Assembly (NCBI GenBank): GCA_963693365.1
Contig: CAVNZM010000005.1
Coordinates: forward strand, 5,649,167 to 5,713,166
Direction of reading: 5' to 3'
DNA length: 64,000 nucleotides
Origin: Amoebidium appalachense
Lineage: Eukaryota; Protista; Ichthyosporea
Shown: positions 1 through 23,169 of the stretch, piece after piece
Layout: every line of letters begins with the position of its first letter
Numbering within the stretch: the first letter of the stretch is position 1
Position numbers and translations under genes: made by a program
The notes under the pieces: model-generated
Databases searched by the model: none
Told to the model about the DNA's origin: nothing
The model's input: the letters and a program-made list of their open reading frames with translations, nothing else

Positions 1-519
1 TTGAAAGCGTGCCCCAATTCAAAGCCCCCTCTTTTCCTTCAACTACCAACCAAAGACCTCCAACCCCCCCCCCCCCCCCCCCCCCCAAAAAAAAAGGGGG
101 GGGGTCTGCGTAGAGTGTGGCCGATTCTCACATTCCACCATTTTTATAATTATTTTAATTTATGTTTTAATTTGCGTCCACCACGCCTTGCACCACACCC
201 AACTGTATGTCCATCCACTATCATATCTCCCCAGCCTTCTTCTCCCCCTCCCTCCCCCCCCTCCCCCCCCCCCTTCTCCCCCTCGTCGTGCAGTTGTACT
301 TCGTACCGGCCCTGTATTCTGAAACCCCTTGCACACAAGAGGAGGAGGAAAATTTTTATAATGCCACTTCACCAGCATATATTAGCCGTGCATGCACACG
401 TGCGCACACACAAACACGCACCCAGCAAGCACCCACAGTTGTTCACACATACGTTCACACACACACCTTCACGTAGACATTCGCGCGCGTGTGTGCGCGC
501 GCACGCACACACACATACA

Positions 520-552
<33 letters not shown>

Positions 553-611
553 GCACACACACACATACAAGCACACGCACACACACACACACACACATAC
601 AAGCACACACA

Positions 612-679
<68 letters not shown>

Positions 680-736
680 CACACACAAATACACACACAT
701 ACTCCCCCCCCTGCACCAACCCACACATTCACATGC

Positions 737-778
<42 letters not shown>

Positions 779-1161
779 ACACACACACGCAGGTACACAC
801 GTCCCCCCCCCCCCTCCTCCCCCCTCTCCCCACACACAGACACTCATTCCCCCCCTTCTCCCCCCCCCCCACCCCCCCCCTTACCCCCCACCGCCCTCTT
901 TCCTTCCCCCTGATCCCCAACCCCCCTCCCCCCCCCATTTCCCCCATCCCCACTCCACCCCCCACCCCCCCCTCCCCGTCCCCTCTTCTCTCCCCCCCCC
1001 TCCCCCCCCCATCCCCGCCTCCACCCCCCTCCCCTCCCCCTGCCCCCCATCCCCCCCCTCCCATCCCCCCCCCCCTTCCCCTCTCTCCCCCTCCTCCACC
1101 CCCCCCTCCCCACACACACACACGTACACCCACACGTACACATACACATATACACACACAG

Positions 1162-7670
<6,509 letters not shown>

Positions 7671-7747
7671 CCTCCCCCCCCAGCCCCCCTCCCCCCTTTT
7701 TTTGGTGGGGATGTGGTACACCGTTGAGCCCCCATTTTTTCTGCTCC

Positions 7748-7782
<35 letters not shown>

Positions 7783-7904
7783 CCACCCCCCCCCCCCCCT
7801 TAGGTAGCGCCGGGGGAGCTTCCTAGAAGCCCCGTCTCCTGAGTTCCTATCTATATTTTTCTTGCTTCTGCTTACTGCTGCAACTTTAACCCCCGGCCTT
7901 TCCC

Positions 7905-8154
7905 ACTGCTCTTGCCTGCATAAGCAACCCTGCTCGTCTCTGATCAAGACGGGTGACCTACCCATGTAAGTGAAACAGTATCTGAGTTGGGTTTCGTTAA
8001 CGAGGTGAATAGGTCGAAACTCGGGTACTGTGGATTACGTGGCCCCCCCCTGAGGATGGGCTCTGCTTATTATGCATACTCTTTATGTATGGCTTGCATT
8101 CTGCATCGTGTTATCCGTTTGTTCTTGTGTACTTCGTACTTTTTGACGCATTCA

Positions 8155-8160
<6 letters not shown>
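7905..8160 (+). repeat. Diverged copy of the structured repeat family
   Basis: Shares GCATAAGCAACCCTGCTCGTCT.TGATCAAGACGGGT, GGTCGAAACTC, CCTGAGGATGGGCTCTGCTTAT and GTACTTCGTAC..GCATTCAAA with 1787-2058. Confidence 0.85.
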
Positions 8161-8205
<45 letters not shown>

Positions 8206-8350
8206 ACACACACACACATACAAACTACACATCTATACACAGGTGCACACACAGCTCAGCTTGCACACACCCAAAGCATATGCAAATGCACAGAAAAAAA
8301 AGGCACCACCTCCATTCGACACACACACACCTGCACATGCAGAAGCGCGT

Positions 8351-8399
<49 letters not shown>

Positions 8400-8450
8400 A
8401 TCACACACACACCCACACACACACACCCACACACGCACGCAGACACACAC

Positions 8451-8515
<65 letters not shown>

Positions 8516-8709
8516 AGAACGTGCACAACATACACTTAGTCCTCTTCCCCTCGTCCTTAGGTCTCTTTCTACACGGCACGTACGTACGCATACGACCGAG
8601 ATATGAATATTATGTATCCATCACTGTGACAACAAGCTAGTAATTAGAAGTTCACATTGCATACGAACCCGCACCCTATTCTAGCCCATGTGGCACGTCA
8701 TCATTCCCA

Positions 8710-8757
<48 letters not shown>

Positions 8758-9291
8758 CCTTTTTCTTTTCTTTTTTATATCCCTGCCCGTTGGTTTTCTC
8801 GTGACAAGATTTCACTCAAAATGTGACTTTAACATGTACGTTTTGTATAGTCCATTATATATATTTAGACGCAGCCAAGCCTAATCTTAGCGCGTTCATA
8901 TACCCCCATTTGGAACTTTGTGACGTTTCCTCTTATATATAGTGCGTTGGCCATTGATTTTTGCCCCTGGATAAATAAGTTTTGGATCCGTAAGTGTACA
9001 GATGCAACATATATATGCAGATGTAACAGTTGTATGAAATGGGAGAGTTCGAGATTGTTTTGTAGAAGAATAGCTTGTTTTTATGATCTTTGCCCACGGT
9101 GAAGAAATGATATGACGTGTCGCTATACACACCGGTAAATAAATGTACTTAGACGTCTGCGCCAAGTTTAATTAACCCCGTTAAGATTGCTCAATGTACA
9201 AGGGCAAGTGGAAATAAAGCGGGAAAAACTACGTTGAGCAGCTGACCGATATCCACGGGCAAAAATGGTGCAATGCAGCATGTGCATTGTA

Positions 9292-9324
<33 letters not shown>

Positions 9325-9491
9325 GCGCGCTCGCGCGCATGCGTGCGTGTGTGGTGCGCGCGCGAGCGTGTGTGTGTGTGCGTGCGCGCGTGTGTGTGTG
9401 CGTGCGTGTGTGTGTGTGTGTGTGCGTGTATGTGTACATAGCTCAGCGTGTGCCGGCACGTGCGCATATGAATGTGTGAGTGTGAGTGTGA

Positions 9492-9524
<33 letters not shown>

Positions 9525-10440
9525 TGTGTGTGTGTGTGTGTGCGTGCGTGCGTGCGTTCGTGTGTGCGTGTGTACATAGCTCACAGCGTGTGCCGTATGA
9601 ATGTGTGAGTGTGTTTGTGCGTGTGTGGTGTGTGTGTATGTGTGCGTGTGTGCGTGCATGTGTGTGCGAGAAGAGAAAGAATTACGTGGGCCGGCATTGG
9701 AGTGTGTGGTGGTGGTGGTGGGCCGGGCCGGAGGGCCCCGGGGGGAAGGGGGGGGGGGGGGGGGGGGGGGGTAGAAGAGTGAAATACCGGTATATATTTC
9801 CAAATGCAATTAATATAGTTTATGGTTAAAACGACATTTCAAATCCTGCATGCATTCCAAGTTGTCATGCACCATGTGTGACAACCGCCAATCAGAAAGA
9901 CCGTTTAAAAGATTCTAAACTATGTGACGTGTAGATACAAGATTAGATCATCCATGGGCACAACACACTACATATCACAGTATGTATCATGTACACGAGA
10001 AACTGCACTTTGCATCACATACATGCATACACACACTATCGGATCAACAAAATGCTCAACTAGGCCGAAAAAGGCATCATTCGATTCTTAATAAGATCTT
10101 CCTACAATTCCAACTTCCTTTACCATGCGTTGCCTCCCTTCCCCCTCCCCCCTCCCCCCACCCCACCGTGCCCCCCCCCCCCCCCCCCCCCCCCCCCTCC
10201 CCCCCCCCCCCCCCAAACACAAACATACACGCACGCACACACACGCCCACCCACCCAGCCGCACAACCAAAGAGACCAATAAAACGATCTAAAAACACAC
10301 CATGAACGAACCAATCAAAATAAATTGCTAAATTCCATTAGTTTTCTGTGCATTTCTTCAATCGACTGGGGAAGGACTCTTGCCTGCTCCTCGTGCCCCA
10401 CCCCTTCCTCCACCGCGTACTGTTGATTTTCCCGTGTTTC

Positions 10441-12163
10441 TCATACCGGAAATCGTGATTGAAACCCAAACAACCCGTTATCAACCACTTCACGTGCCGA
10501 GCTAGTGGGGTTTTTGCGCTTTGGAGCCCCCAACGACATCATTTTCTGGTGAAGTTCGTAAACCATCAAAGGCAGCTCGGTCGTCTTTCTCTCAGACACT
10601 GGCCCAGTGAGCACATCCAAAACGAATCCCGGATTTTCCGTTCCGGTTTCCTTTTCATCCGTGCTTCTAACTCTCTCCATTCCAAACAGTCCTAGACGGT
10701 ATTCCGGGTTTTTCGATGGCAGTGTCCCGTTTTCACCCGCCAACACCCTGTCGCAAATTTCAGAAAACACATCTATGTTGGCGCCTCCCCCCCCCCCCAA
10801 ACCCCTCATTCCTATAGTGTGAAACTTGTGGGGGTGCACCCTGCTCCACGTGTGTGTGATACTTCTCACCAGCCGTCGCTGAACGCTTAAATTCAGACAC
10901 ACCTGAAATTTGCGCGTCATCTACCGTATCAATTCTGCCCAATATACCCTCCACAGCCACAGATGTTGCATCACCAGGGGATGCCCGCAAAGAATTTTGC
11001 TGTTCCGGATATTTATGCATGAGGCCGAGCAGCGCCGTGTGATAGTCCGAGATAGTCTCCGACGCAAATTCGCTTTCCTGCAAAGGCGGGGTTCCTGGGC
11101 CGTCCATAAATAGTGAAATTTCGCCCACCGTCGTATTTACGCTTTGGTCTGTGCCCGCCCGTTCTGTGGGTGTGCTCTGGGTAGTCAAATCCATTAACAT
11201 GGCATGAAGATTGGAAATCGCAGCTGGGTTGTGCTGCGTTGCCGTTGGAGGTGTGCCTGGCCCGTCCAGGAAATTGGTTTCTGGGGTTTGCTCGGTAGAT
11301 AGACCGGTAATAGTTTCGCTGTTTTTCGCGAATCTCTCTGGGTTTATCGGGTCGAAAAACCGTGTTTGCGGCACTTCTACGTCTTCGCCGCCCGCAGTTT
11401 CAGAGTCCAACTTTTGTAATTTACGTGTGGAGCCCTCGAGTTGGGGTTCTTTGGTTTCATTGTCAAATTCTTTGGTTTCATTGTCAAACAGCATATCCAA
11501 CAGCTGTGCATGATCGTGCAGGATAGACCCCCCTCCCCCTGATGCGCCCTGCGATTTCTTGCGCGCATCATTCAGCACGCTTGAAATTACCGAGTCGATA
11601 TCGGCCTCGTCATCTCCCTCTACAACGGAAAACTTCTGTTCTGGTAGACCTAACTGCAGAAGATTACGGTGCATGTTTTGAAACGATTCCGGTAATGATT
11701 GCCGGTTAGGTGGCGGGGTTCCTGGTCCATCTCGTAAGTTTTCGTCTTGGGCTCCCATGTTTTCGTTTTGTGCATCTGCTTCATCACATACGGGTGCAGG
11801 TTGGGTCTGTTTTGTGGAATTAACTCCAAGGAAAAAAGACTTTTCCGCAACGACCTGACCCGTTTCCCCGTATATTTGCATGTTGGAATATTTGGTCTCC
11901 CAATTTCCCCGTGTCCGTTTCTCTTCCACCAGGCCCAATAACTGTGCGTGTATGTCGAAAATAACCCCTGGGAGGCCCCCCTTACTGCTGTTCGAGGCAT
12001 CATCATCATCCGAAGGGCCGTGTCTTACTCGCTCCTCCACTTGAACATGCTCCGGATCTTGGGGAGGGTGGTTGTTTCCGCCAAGCTTGAGAAGGGCACA
12101 ATGTAAGTCAAAAACAAAGTCAGGGAGGGGTCGGTCACTTTCTTCAGGTGTTTTACACGCCAT
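10441..12163 (-). CDS. Intronless, largely disordered hypothetical protein (~570 aa) with ~7 copies of an LP/P-x3-4-(D/N/E)-hydrophobic-H-x2-LL-x-L motif and 3 DGPGTPP motifs
   Basis: 467-aa ORF 10760-12163 joins ORF 10441-10920 through a frameshift in the C12 run at 10787-10798; the repeat motif recurs in the downstream frame (LPLMVYELHQKMMSL). Includes a 21-bp tandem (FDNETKE x2). Confidence 0.75.
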
Positions 12164-12701
12164 CTTGACATGCAGCCCTTACGGGGAAAAAAACAAAAAA
12201 AGGAATCGTGTTCTACCATCGCATGCACATGGCAAAAAGGAAAAATCGCCTGCAGGAGAGAGATTAAATTCCCAAAAAACGAAGGCACCAGATCTAAATC
12301 AGAACCACAGTGTGTGTGCATGCTACGCTGGCACTTTTAAGAAACATCAACCCATCATAGCCATTTGTAAACGGTTCGTTGAACTGTGCACTCCGGATCC
12401 CTCCTCTGCACCCAAAATTTCACACCTCGGAGAAAACTATTGTGATGTTTCTGCAAATAGCTTGATTGGCTATAAATAGAATAGAACAATTAGGATGACT
12501 CAGGGTTAGAATTTCCTGATCGTGATTACATATATCCTCATACATGCCAGCCACTTTTTCTTTTGGGTTTCTGTCGTCAACACCTTTACAATTGTGGTTT
12601 GTTTTTTCATTAAGATGTATTGCTTTTTCATTACGATGTATCTCTAGAGGGAGATTGAACCAAACATCACACATCACTAAGTGCGAATAAGAATATTAAC
12701 T

Positions 12702-14339
12702 ATGATTCGAGGGTGGGCTAAACTAATACAGGACATACGCGAGTCTCAACTCAAAAGACTGACAAAATGCACTGAAAAGGCCAACGCTCTAGTCCAGCAA
12801 CATGAACCGTTACTCTCACAGTTACGGGAGCTTAGAAGCGAACTGCAAAATGAGCGCACAAAACTCTATAACCTGCAAAAGGAAGCGGAGAAGCTAGGAA
12901 TAGACCCAAACACAGGTCTCGATGTAACCCTACACTCAAATAACAATAACCTATTTGACGCCCTCCCAAACGAGATTGTGTGTCAGATTTTCTCTTACTT
13001 CCTCACGGTAGAAGACCGCTTGAGCATTTCACTCGTTTGCCGCCGTTTTTCCCTTCTCATCCGCTCACAGTACACTCAACCTTGCCGTTGTAGTTTAAGT
13101 CGCATCCGTCCGTTTTACCCATCTCGTGATGTTCCAGGCATCTTGGCTTGGCATATGTGTCTCACATCACTGATGGTCTTCCACATGGACTTCCCCCGTT
13201 CGTTCGTTTCTCTCTTCCCTACCTCACTCGCCTGTATCTCAGCAATGTTCGGACAGAAGACACCTCACCTCTTGCCTGCAACACGAAACTCGAGCACGTT
13301 GAGTTGAATTTCACCTTGTTTGATCTGTGGCAGGACTTGCACGATGTCAGCCTTGTGGGTTTACACGACAGTGCACACTTGCTCACAGAGTTGCGCATGA
13401 AGGCTGCCAGCGAAAGAGGCACGACAAACATGAGGCTCGTACACGTCCCCAACCTTCGGAGGATAGGGACGCTCGAAGTTCCCTACCTGCCGCCCGTGTT
13501 GCGTTGGGAGGTGGAATGGAGCGAAACATTGAAAGACCTCACCGTTCACCAGGTCTGGGCAGAAGTTTTGAATTGCCTGGGTCGTTGCCGGAGTCTGCAA
13601 ACACTCACCATCAATGGAGTGGTGCACGACGCCAGCACACTCCACCACCCCCATCACTGCGAAAATTTGCGCAGTTTGACGGTGGCGGGGGGTTCCTTGG
13701 TCTCGCTCACTAACGAGCATTCCCCTTTTCTCGCGTTGACGAAACTTGAATTGGGGAAGGACGGCACTGGTTTCTCATTTTTCTTCGACGAGAAGTTTGT
13801 TCAAGGTGTTCCCGTGTTGCGCGAGCTCTTGTGTGAAAAGACTCGAAAACGCCGAAATACTTAACATATCCACGTCGGAAACCATTGAGACGGTCAGTTT
13901 TTTGGGATGTCGGCTCGGGTCCAACATTTCTTGGATGTGCCCCCGAAGATCACTCAAGCGCATTCATTTCAGCGGGGTTCAGGTTGACCTCCTTCCGGAA
14001 ACGGACATCCTCGCAGACATTACGCCCTTGGCCGAGTGCCCGGAGCTCGAAAGCGTCACCATTGAGCGCGTTCGGAAATTGGCCGTTCTCACCCCGCTCT
14101 CCCATTGCGCAAAACTGAAGAGCGTTTCTTTGAACGATTGCCCGAAGGTGGATTCGTTCGAAGCGTTCAGGAACCACCCGTCGTTGGAATCCTTCTCTTT
14201 CACCCTTCAAGAGCGTTCTGAGGGCAACGAGGTGGTGTATGATGTTTCCCCGTTTGTCACGTGCCCGCATTTCTGGATGACAGTTCTGATGGGGGTGGTG
14301 GGCGTGAGGGGAGCCGAGGCTCTTGGGCCCAGCAGGTGA
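12702..14339 (+). CDS. Coiled-coil + F-box + leucine-rich-repeat protein, intronless, two 1-nt frameshifts (pseudogene or assembly error)
   Basis: F-box FDALPNEIVCQIFSYFLTVEDRLSISLVCRRF; LRRs such as DITPLAECPELESVTI and LTPLSHCAKLKSVSLNDC; collinear with the paralogue at 39655-41387. Shifts at ~13217 and ~13828. Confidence 0.85.
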
Positions 14340-14395
14340 TAACCCCCCTGCCCCCCCTCCTCCCCCCCCAATCGTGGCCCCCCCCCCCTCCCCCC

Positions 14396-14485
14396 CCCCT
14401 GAGGATGCTCTTTTTTTATGGTTTGCACTGTGCATCGTGTTGTCCGTTGTTTATGTACTTCGTACTTTATGACACATTCAAACCC
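14396..14485 (+). repeat. 3' fragment of the structured repeat family, between poly-C tracts
   Basis: CCTGAGGATGCTCT...TGCATCGTGTT.TCCGTT...GTACTTCGTACTTT.TGAC.CATTCAAACCC, similar to 8049-8160. Confidence 0.75.
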
Positions 14486-14680
14486 ACCTTCCCCCTCTCT
14501 TCCCCCCCTTCCCCGCCCTCCACACCCACTTCTTGTTCCCTATGGGTGTTTCGGTACACTGCAGCTTGAACGACTCCCACCATGTTTTGCATGCAAAGAG
14601 AATTTGCCCCCCCCCCCTCCCCCCCCCTTCCTCCCCCCCCCCCCCCCCCCCCCCCTCCCTGCACCCCCCCCCCCCCCCTC

Positions 14681-14764
14681 CCCTTCGTGCGGGTCCCTTA
14701 TTTCCAAACTGGCACCCCCCCCCCCCCCCCCCTCCCTTCGTGCGGGTCCCTTATTTCCAAACTG
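14681..14764 (+). repeat. ~31-bp direct repeat CCCTTCGTGCGGGTCCCTTATTTCCAAACTG x2 separated by poly-C
   Basis: Seen directly. Confidence 0.85.
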
Positions 14765-14959
14765 TGGACGTGCACGGGATCGTTTTTTCCTGTGCGTACC
14801 CCGCTTGCCTCCCCCCCCCCCCCCCCCTCCCCGCCTGTCTGTGTCTCCCGCTCTTACTTTTCGATCTGTTTTACAAGTGGACACTTACTTTGATTTGCAA
14901 CGGTGAACTCCTGATTTCCTCTCTCTGTCTGTTCTCATCAATTTTGTACTCCTTCCCCG

Positions 14960-14995
<36 letters not shown>

Positions 14996-15037
14996 CCCCC
15001 CCAAACACACACACACACCCACACACACACTCAACCT

Positions 15038-15179
15038 TAACTTGGGCCCTTCCTGAGGATGGTATCTGCTTTTGTCGCATGCTGTGTTTTTTGCGACGTT
15101 GCATACTTGAATGTTTGCCTTTCCATGTGTTCTGCACCGTGTTTCTCATCGTGTAGTTGTACTTGGTGCCGTGTTTCAC
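15038..15179 (+). repeat. 3' fragment of the structured repeat family, ending at the P-element left end
   Basis: ACTTGGGCCCT.CCTGAGGATGG..TCTGCTT...GTTGCATACTTGAATGTTTGCCTTT matches 1921-2005. Confidence 0.8.
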
Positions 15180-15376
15180 CACGGCCCTCTGAAAAAAAGA
15201 CGGCCTGGGCGGAGTGACGTCATATTTCGAACCCCAAGCGATGAGGGTAGTATCTGAAGCCACCGTCGGACTGACCCACAGAACACAAACACAGACGGGC
15301 GATATCGATGTTTTTTCTTTTCTAGTCAATCCTCTCACACCCATTCACGCACGCACGCACACACACACACGCACAC

Positions 15377-15433
<57 letters not shown>

Positions 15434-15438
15434 GCAGT

Positions 15439-16313
15439 ATGGCAGACGGGGACTCCGTCTGGTGCTCGGGAGAGCCCGGCTCCGGAAAAGCCAGCGAAAA
15501 AACCACGAAAAAGGTCTGGTTACATTTGTTGTGTCGTTAATTGTAAGGGCAACTACGATGAAGAACAAAAAGTTTCGGTTTTTAGTTTTCCAAACCCAAA
15601 CGACGGCCGGCTTGCCTCTGAAGAGGAGCGTAAGCAGAGCGAAAATCTGCTACAGCGCTGGCTTAGAGTTATTCCAACAGAGTGGAAAGACACGTTTGAC
15701 CCTGCAAAAGCGCGCGTATGTGCTCGCCACTTTGCACCCACTGCATTCGGCAAAATGTCAGACGGTAGACCATTGCTCCTGCCAGACGCCATGCCCACCA
15801 TTTTCCCCAATTGCCCGGCATATTTAAGCAAACCTTTGGCTGCACCACGTACGGACCCAGACGAGCGGAGGGCGAATATGGAGCAAAACAAAAAGGTGCA
15901 AGAGGAGGCGGAAGCAGCAAGGAAGCGGGAGCGAAATCGGGCCATTTTCAACAAACTCATTGCACAAGGACGAAACACGGTGGTCGCTTGCCTTCACCAG
16001 CAGGACCGTGGTTGGTTACCCCCCCCCCCCCCCCCCCCCCTCCCCCCCCTAGCCCCTGTGTAATCCCCTCTTACCCCCCCCCCCCCCCCCCCCCCCGTCC
16101 CTCCCCTCCAAATATCAACACCCCTCATTTCCCTTCTTAAATTTCCTTATCCTCATACACAAGTCCCCCCCCCCCCCCCTCCCCCCCCCCCTCTTTGATC
16201 CCGGCCTCCCAAAAACTTCTAAAATAGTAACTTTTCTTCTTAAATTTTTTTTGAGTGGGCATTACTGGCACTGGTGGTGGTCGGGTGGTGGTGGTATTGA
16301 AGGGTTTAAGAAA

Positions 16314-16348
<35 letters not shown>

Positions 16349-16620
16349 CTGCTGAAACCGGACGAGGTACAGATCTGACTGCAAATTTTATTGTCTGCAT
16401 GCAGGCGAGCTTGATCCGTTACCTACTTGACAGCGGCATGCACAAGTTTGTGCTGACAAGGAAGTTTTAAACCGACCCCCTTGAGGGTGCATTTGGAACC
16501 ATCAGGCAGTACAGTGGCGGGAACTACAATGTTGGAACCGGCCAGGTATTGTACATGTCAAGCTTTAGCAATTACATGTTTTTTTTTAACCAATATCTCC
16601 TACCATTGATGATACTTACA

Positions 16621-16671
<51 letters not shown>

Positions 16672-16865
16672 ACACACACACCACCCAATCAATGATGTCA
16701 TGCTAGTAGTAAGTAATAACAACAGCAACAACCAAAAAAAAAAAAAAAAAAAGACTCGGAAAGAAAAGAAAAAAGCAGGGGGAAAATTAAAGAGGGGAGA
16801 GGCAGAAGGGGGTGGGGGTTCCTGGGGGGAGGGGGGAGGGGACGGGGGGGGGGGGGGGGGGGGGG

Positions 16866-16899
<34 letters not shown>

Positions 16900-18178
16900 C
16901 GGGGGGGGTGGATTCATTCATACATTGCAAGGGACTCCCATCCACCCACCATTTCACATCTAGGAACCCCCCCCCCCCCCCCCCCCGCCCCTCCTCCCCC
17001 CACCCCAAAAAGATAAAAATACACGTATATTAATACTCCCTTCCCGTGTCTTTGTCCCCCCCCCACATCCCCTCCACCCTCCCTCCTTTACCCCCCCCCC
17101 CCCCCCCACCCCCCCCAGGGGCCCGGTTCCCCCTGGCACGCGCGCGCGCACGCACACACACACAACACACACACACACACACGTACACACACACACGTAC
17201 ACATACGCACAGACCTTGGAGGCAGTCAAAAGGATGCGGGTGCAGAAGCTGGCGAAGATAGCGGTGCAGACGGGCACTAGTGTTGCAGATCTGTTTAAGG
17301 ACGTAAATACAGCGTTAGCGAGCGTGCGGAAAACAATCACGTTGGAAAGTATACTTCCGTTGTACAACACCATGTGGGGGACCCTGTTGTACAACATTGG
17401 TATGGCAATACAGAAACCACAAGTGCTAGCTTACCGCACCGGATTCTGCGTCCACGCAGTTGGTGAGCGTGGTGTGGGATGCACCTCGTGCCGTGCACCA
17501 CTGGAGACCACGGATCCGAATGAGATTGAAACCGACACGCATTTCCGCCTCATTCAAGCTACATCACGGGGAGGTTTGACTTACCCGTCCCGGGTTGCAA
17601 GCAGGATTGTTAGGCGAGTTTACGTAGTGCTTGATGCATTGCTGGGGCCGTTCGTGTCTACATATCTACCCGCAGGCAACCACAGAACCGTAGCTGTGCT
17701 TCTGTGCGAGTACGCAGTCAAAATCCACCATGACGATGCAAGTCTTGCGGAAACGTGCGGGCAATGTGGAACACCGAAACCTGCACTGGTGGAGCGCCTT
17801 ATCACCGTGGCTACCAACTGTCACTTGAGTGTCTACGTGCGTGAACGCAAGGCACTTGCGAAGAAAGCCCCCAACAAAGCAAACAGGACAGCAAAAACTC
17901 TCGGGGCGGCGGCGGCAGCAGCGTCAGAAGCCGTGTCGGGAGAAACAGGGGTGCAACACGAAACAGCAGGGAAGGCTTCGAGGGGGAGGGGAAATGGAGA
18001 GATCAGGGGTGGAAGTGGGGGGGGCAAGAGGAGAAAGGGGGGGAGCAAAGGGAGGCACGCACAGCAACCAAAGCCCCACCCGTCTGTTTGCTTCGAATTC
18101 CGGCCACATGCTTCCATGATAATCATTTGGCGAATAACCATTTGCTTTTTGAAATTTATGTTATCATGTTTCGAATAG
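15439..18178 (+). pseudogene. P-element transposase relic: THAP exon (~15439-16015), catalytic fragment 16405-16545 with in-frame TAA at 16468-16470, last exon 17213-18178
   Basis: CCVVNCKGNY..VSVFSFP..RW..IP..VCARHF..LLPDAMPTIFPNCPAYLS (C2CH THAP); FVLTRKF*TDPLEGAFGTIRQYSGGNYNV (catalytic-Glu motif); LAYRTGF..CTSC..SRGGLTYPS. The central RNase H core is missing. Confidence 0.85.
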
Positions 18179-18290
18179 CCAATTGCTTATTAATTTGTTC
18201 ATGTAACCATGTCTCGAGTAACCATTTGCTTATTATTTATGTAACCATGTCTCGAATAACCATTTGCTTATTATAAATTTATATAACCCA
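18130..18290 (+). repeat. ~4 tandem copies of a 38-43 bp AT-rich unit (ATGTAACCATGTCTCGAATAACCATTTGCTTATT)
   Basis: Seen directly; subterminal position in the P element. Confidence 0.85.
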
Positions 18291-19476
18291 GTAGCACGTC
18301 TACTGTAATAGCTGCTGGGCTGTGCTTGGCATCATAAGTTCAAGACAGTCTTTTCTCTGTATAGGTCGGTCGACAGACCTGGAAGAATCGCAAATTCCAT
18401 AATCAATGACTTTCCCCCCTGAATGACCCCCCCCCCCCCCCCCCCCCCGCGTTCCTCCTCCCCCCCCCCCCCCCCTCCCCCCTTTCCCCTCCCCCTCCTC
18501 TTCCCTCCCCCATCCCCCTCCCCCCCCCCCCCCCCCCCCCTCCCCGTTGCACCTCCAAGTCTGTCTGCCTGATGCAAGTTTGTACACGAACGTGCACGTG
18601 CATATTTGGAGTTTTCCGGGGAGCTTGAGGGGTGGTTGGGTGGGTGGGTGGGGGGAGGGGGGGGGGGGACAGTGAGCGGACTATGCTTCTAGATCTAGGG
18701 GTCACATTATATGGGTGAGATATTATAAGAAGAAGACGTCCGTCAACAAATTACATGTGGTGGTGGTGGTGGTGGTGGGCCCGGGGGGGAAGGGGGGGGG
18801 GGGGGGGGGAGGAGGGCCCAGCTAGGGGGGGATAACAGATTCGATTGAAAACCTGCCACTTTGCTGAATTAAATCAGCACCCTTCAAAACCATGCAAGCT
18901 CTTGAGGCACTTGCACGTGTGTTTGCAGTAACTAGTTGCAATTGTGCACATCAGCACACACGATATACGTGGCACTGACAGTGTGTACACACACACAGGC
19001 ATGCACAAACACACTGTCAGCTCACACACGTACGCATTGACACGCACACATGCACACTCGCACGCACTCGCACACGGCGCATACACCCACCAACATTTGC
19101 ACCTGCACGTACCCACATCCACATCCCCTCCTCCCGCCCCCACAACGTTTACACTCACCTAATGGCATGTCTGCTTGCACACACGCATGCACGCAGCGCC
19201 ACGCATGCGCGGATACACACACACACTGCGCACACATGCACAGGATACAGTAGTCACCTCCGCGTGCTCGGCATGAAGGGGCATGAAGTGTACACACAGG
19301 CTCGTTTCGAGTATTTGGCAGTTGCACGCATGCACATTCACATATCTTTATTGGACTATTTTCCAACATTCCAAATAACAAAGGGCAGAACAGTCGCTGC
19401 TGTTGCTATCATGAAAACACAGTACAAATATACGGAAATTATAAATTACAACGGTACAAATACACTAAAATTAACC

Positions 19477-19507
<31 letters not shown>

Positions 19508-19907
19508 ATAAATAGAACAAATACAAATTGCGCGAGCGCGCAAGTGATTATGCATGCATATGTGTACACACAAATCCTAAATTGTGTAGAAGTGCATGTG
19601 AGGAATGAACTTCACCTATCCCAAAAAATAATGGTAAAAACACTGAAAAACACGTTATCCAAGACGAAAAGACAATACATCCGTAACATATCATTCTAAA
19701 ACCATTCTCCACGGAAAGGAAAGGGGCAAAAAAAATGCTTCTTGTAACATTCGCAAAAAGGCCAAAGAATTCATCATCGCATGTCACCAAAAAAACAAAA
19801 GCCATGAGGAAAAAAACATATCTCAATCGAATATATCTCACACAAAATGAATCCTAATCAATGTTTCCATCGAAAGAATTACCTCCGGGAATTCTCATTT
19901 CACTATC

Positions 19908-23169
<3,262 letters not shown>

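Larger units (their letters stand above)
15180..18370 (+). mobile_element. Internally deleted/decayed P-element (THAP9-like) DNA transposon
   Basis: Contains a THAP domain and P-transposase C-terminal motifs. Left end CACGGCCCTCTGAAAAAAAGACGGCC; weak inverted match near 18325-18370; subterminal ~40-bp tandem repeats at 18130-18290. Confidence 0.7.

Noticed and set aside
16468-16470. TAA at a position where Gln is expected, suggesting a TAA=Gln genetic code
   Set aside because: Long exons elsewhere contain no in-frame TAA/TAG and genes end in TAA/TAG; a CAA-to-TAA mutation in a dead element is simpler.
18130-18290. CRISPR-like array (also considered for 32715-33020)
   Set aside because: Head-to-tail degenerate tandem units without unique spacers; no cas genes; eukaryotic context.
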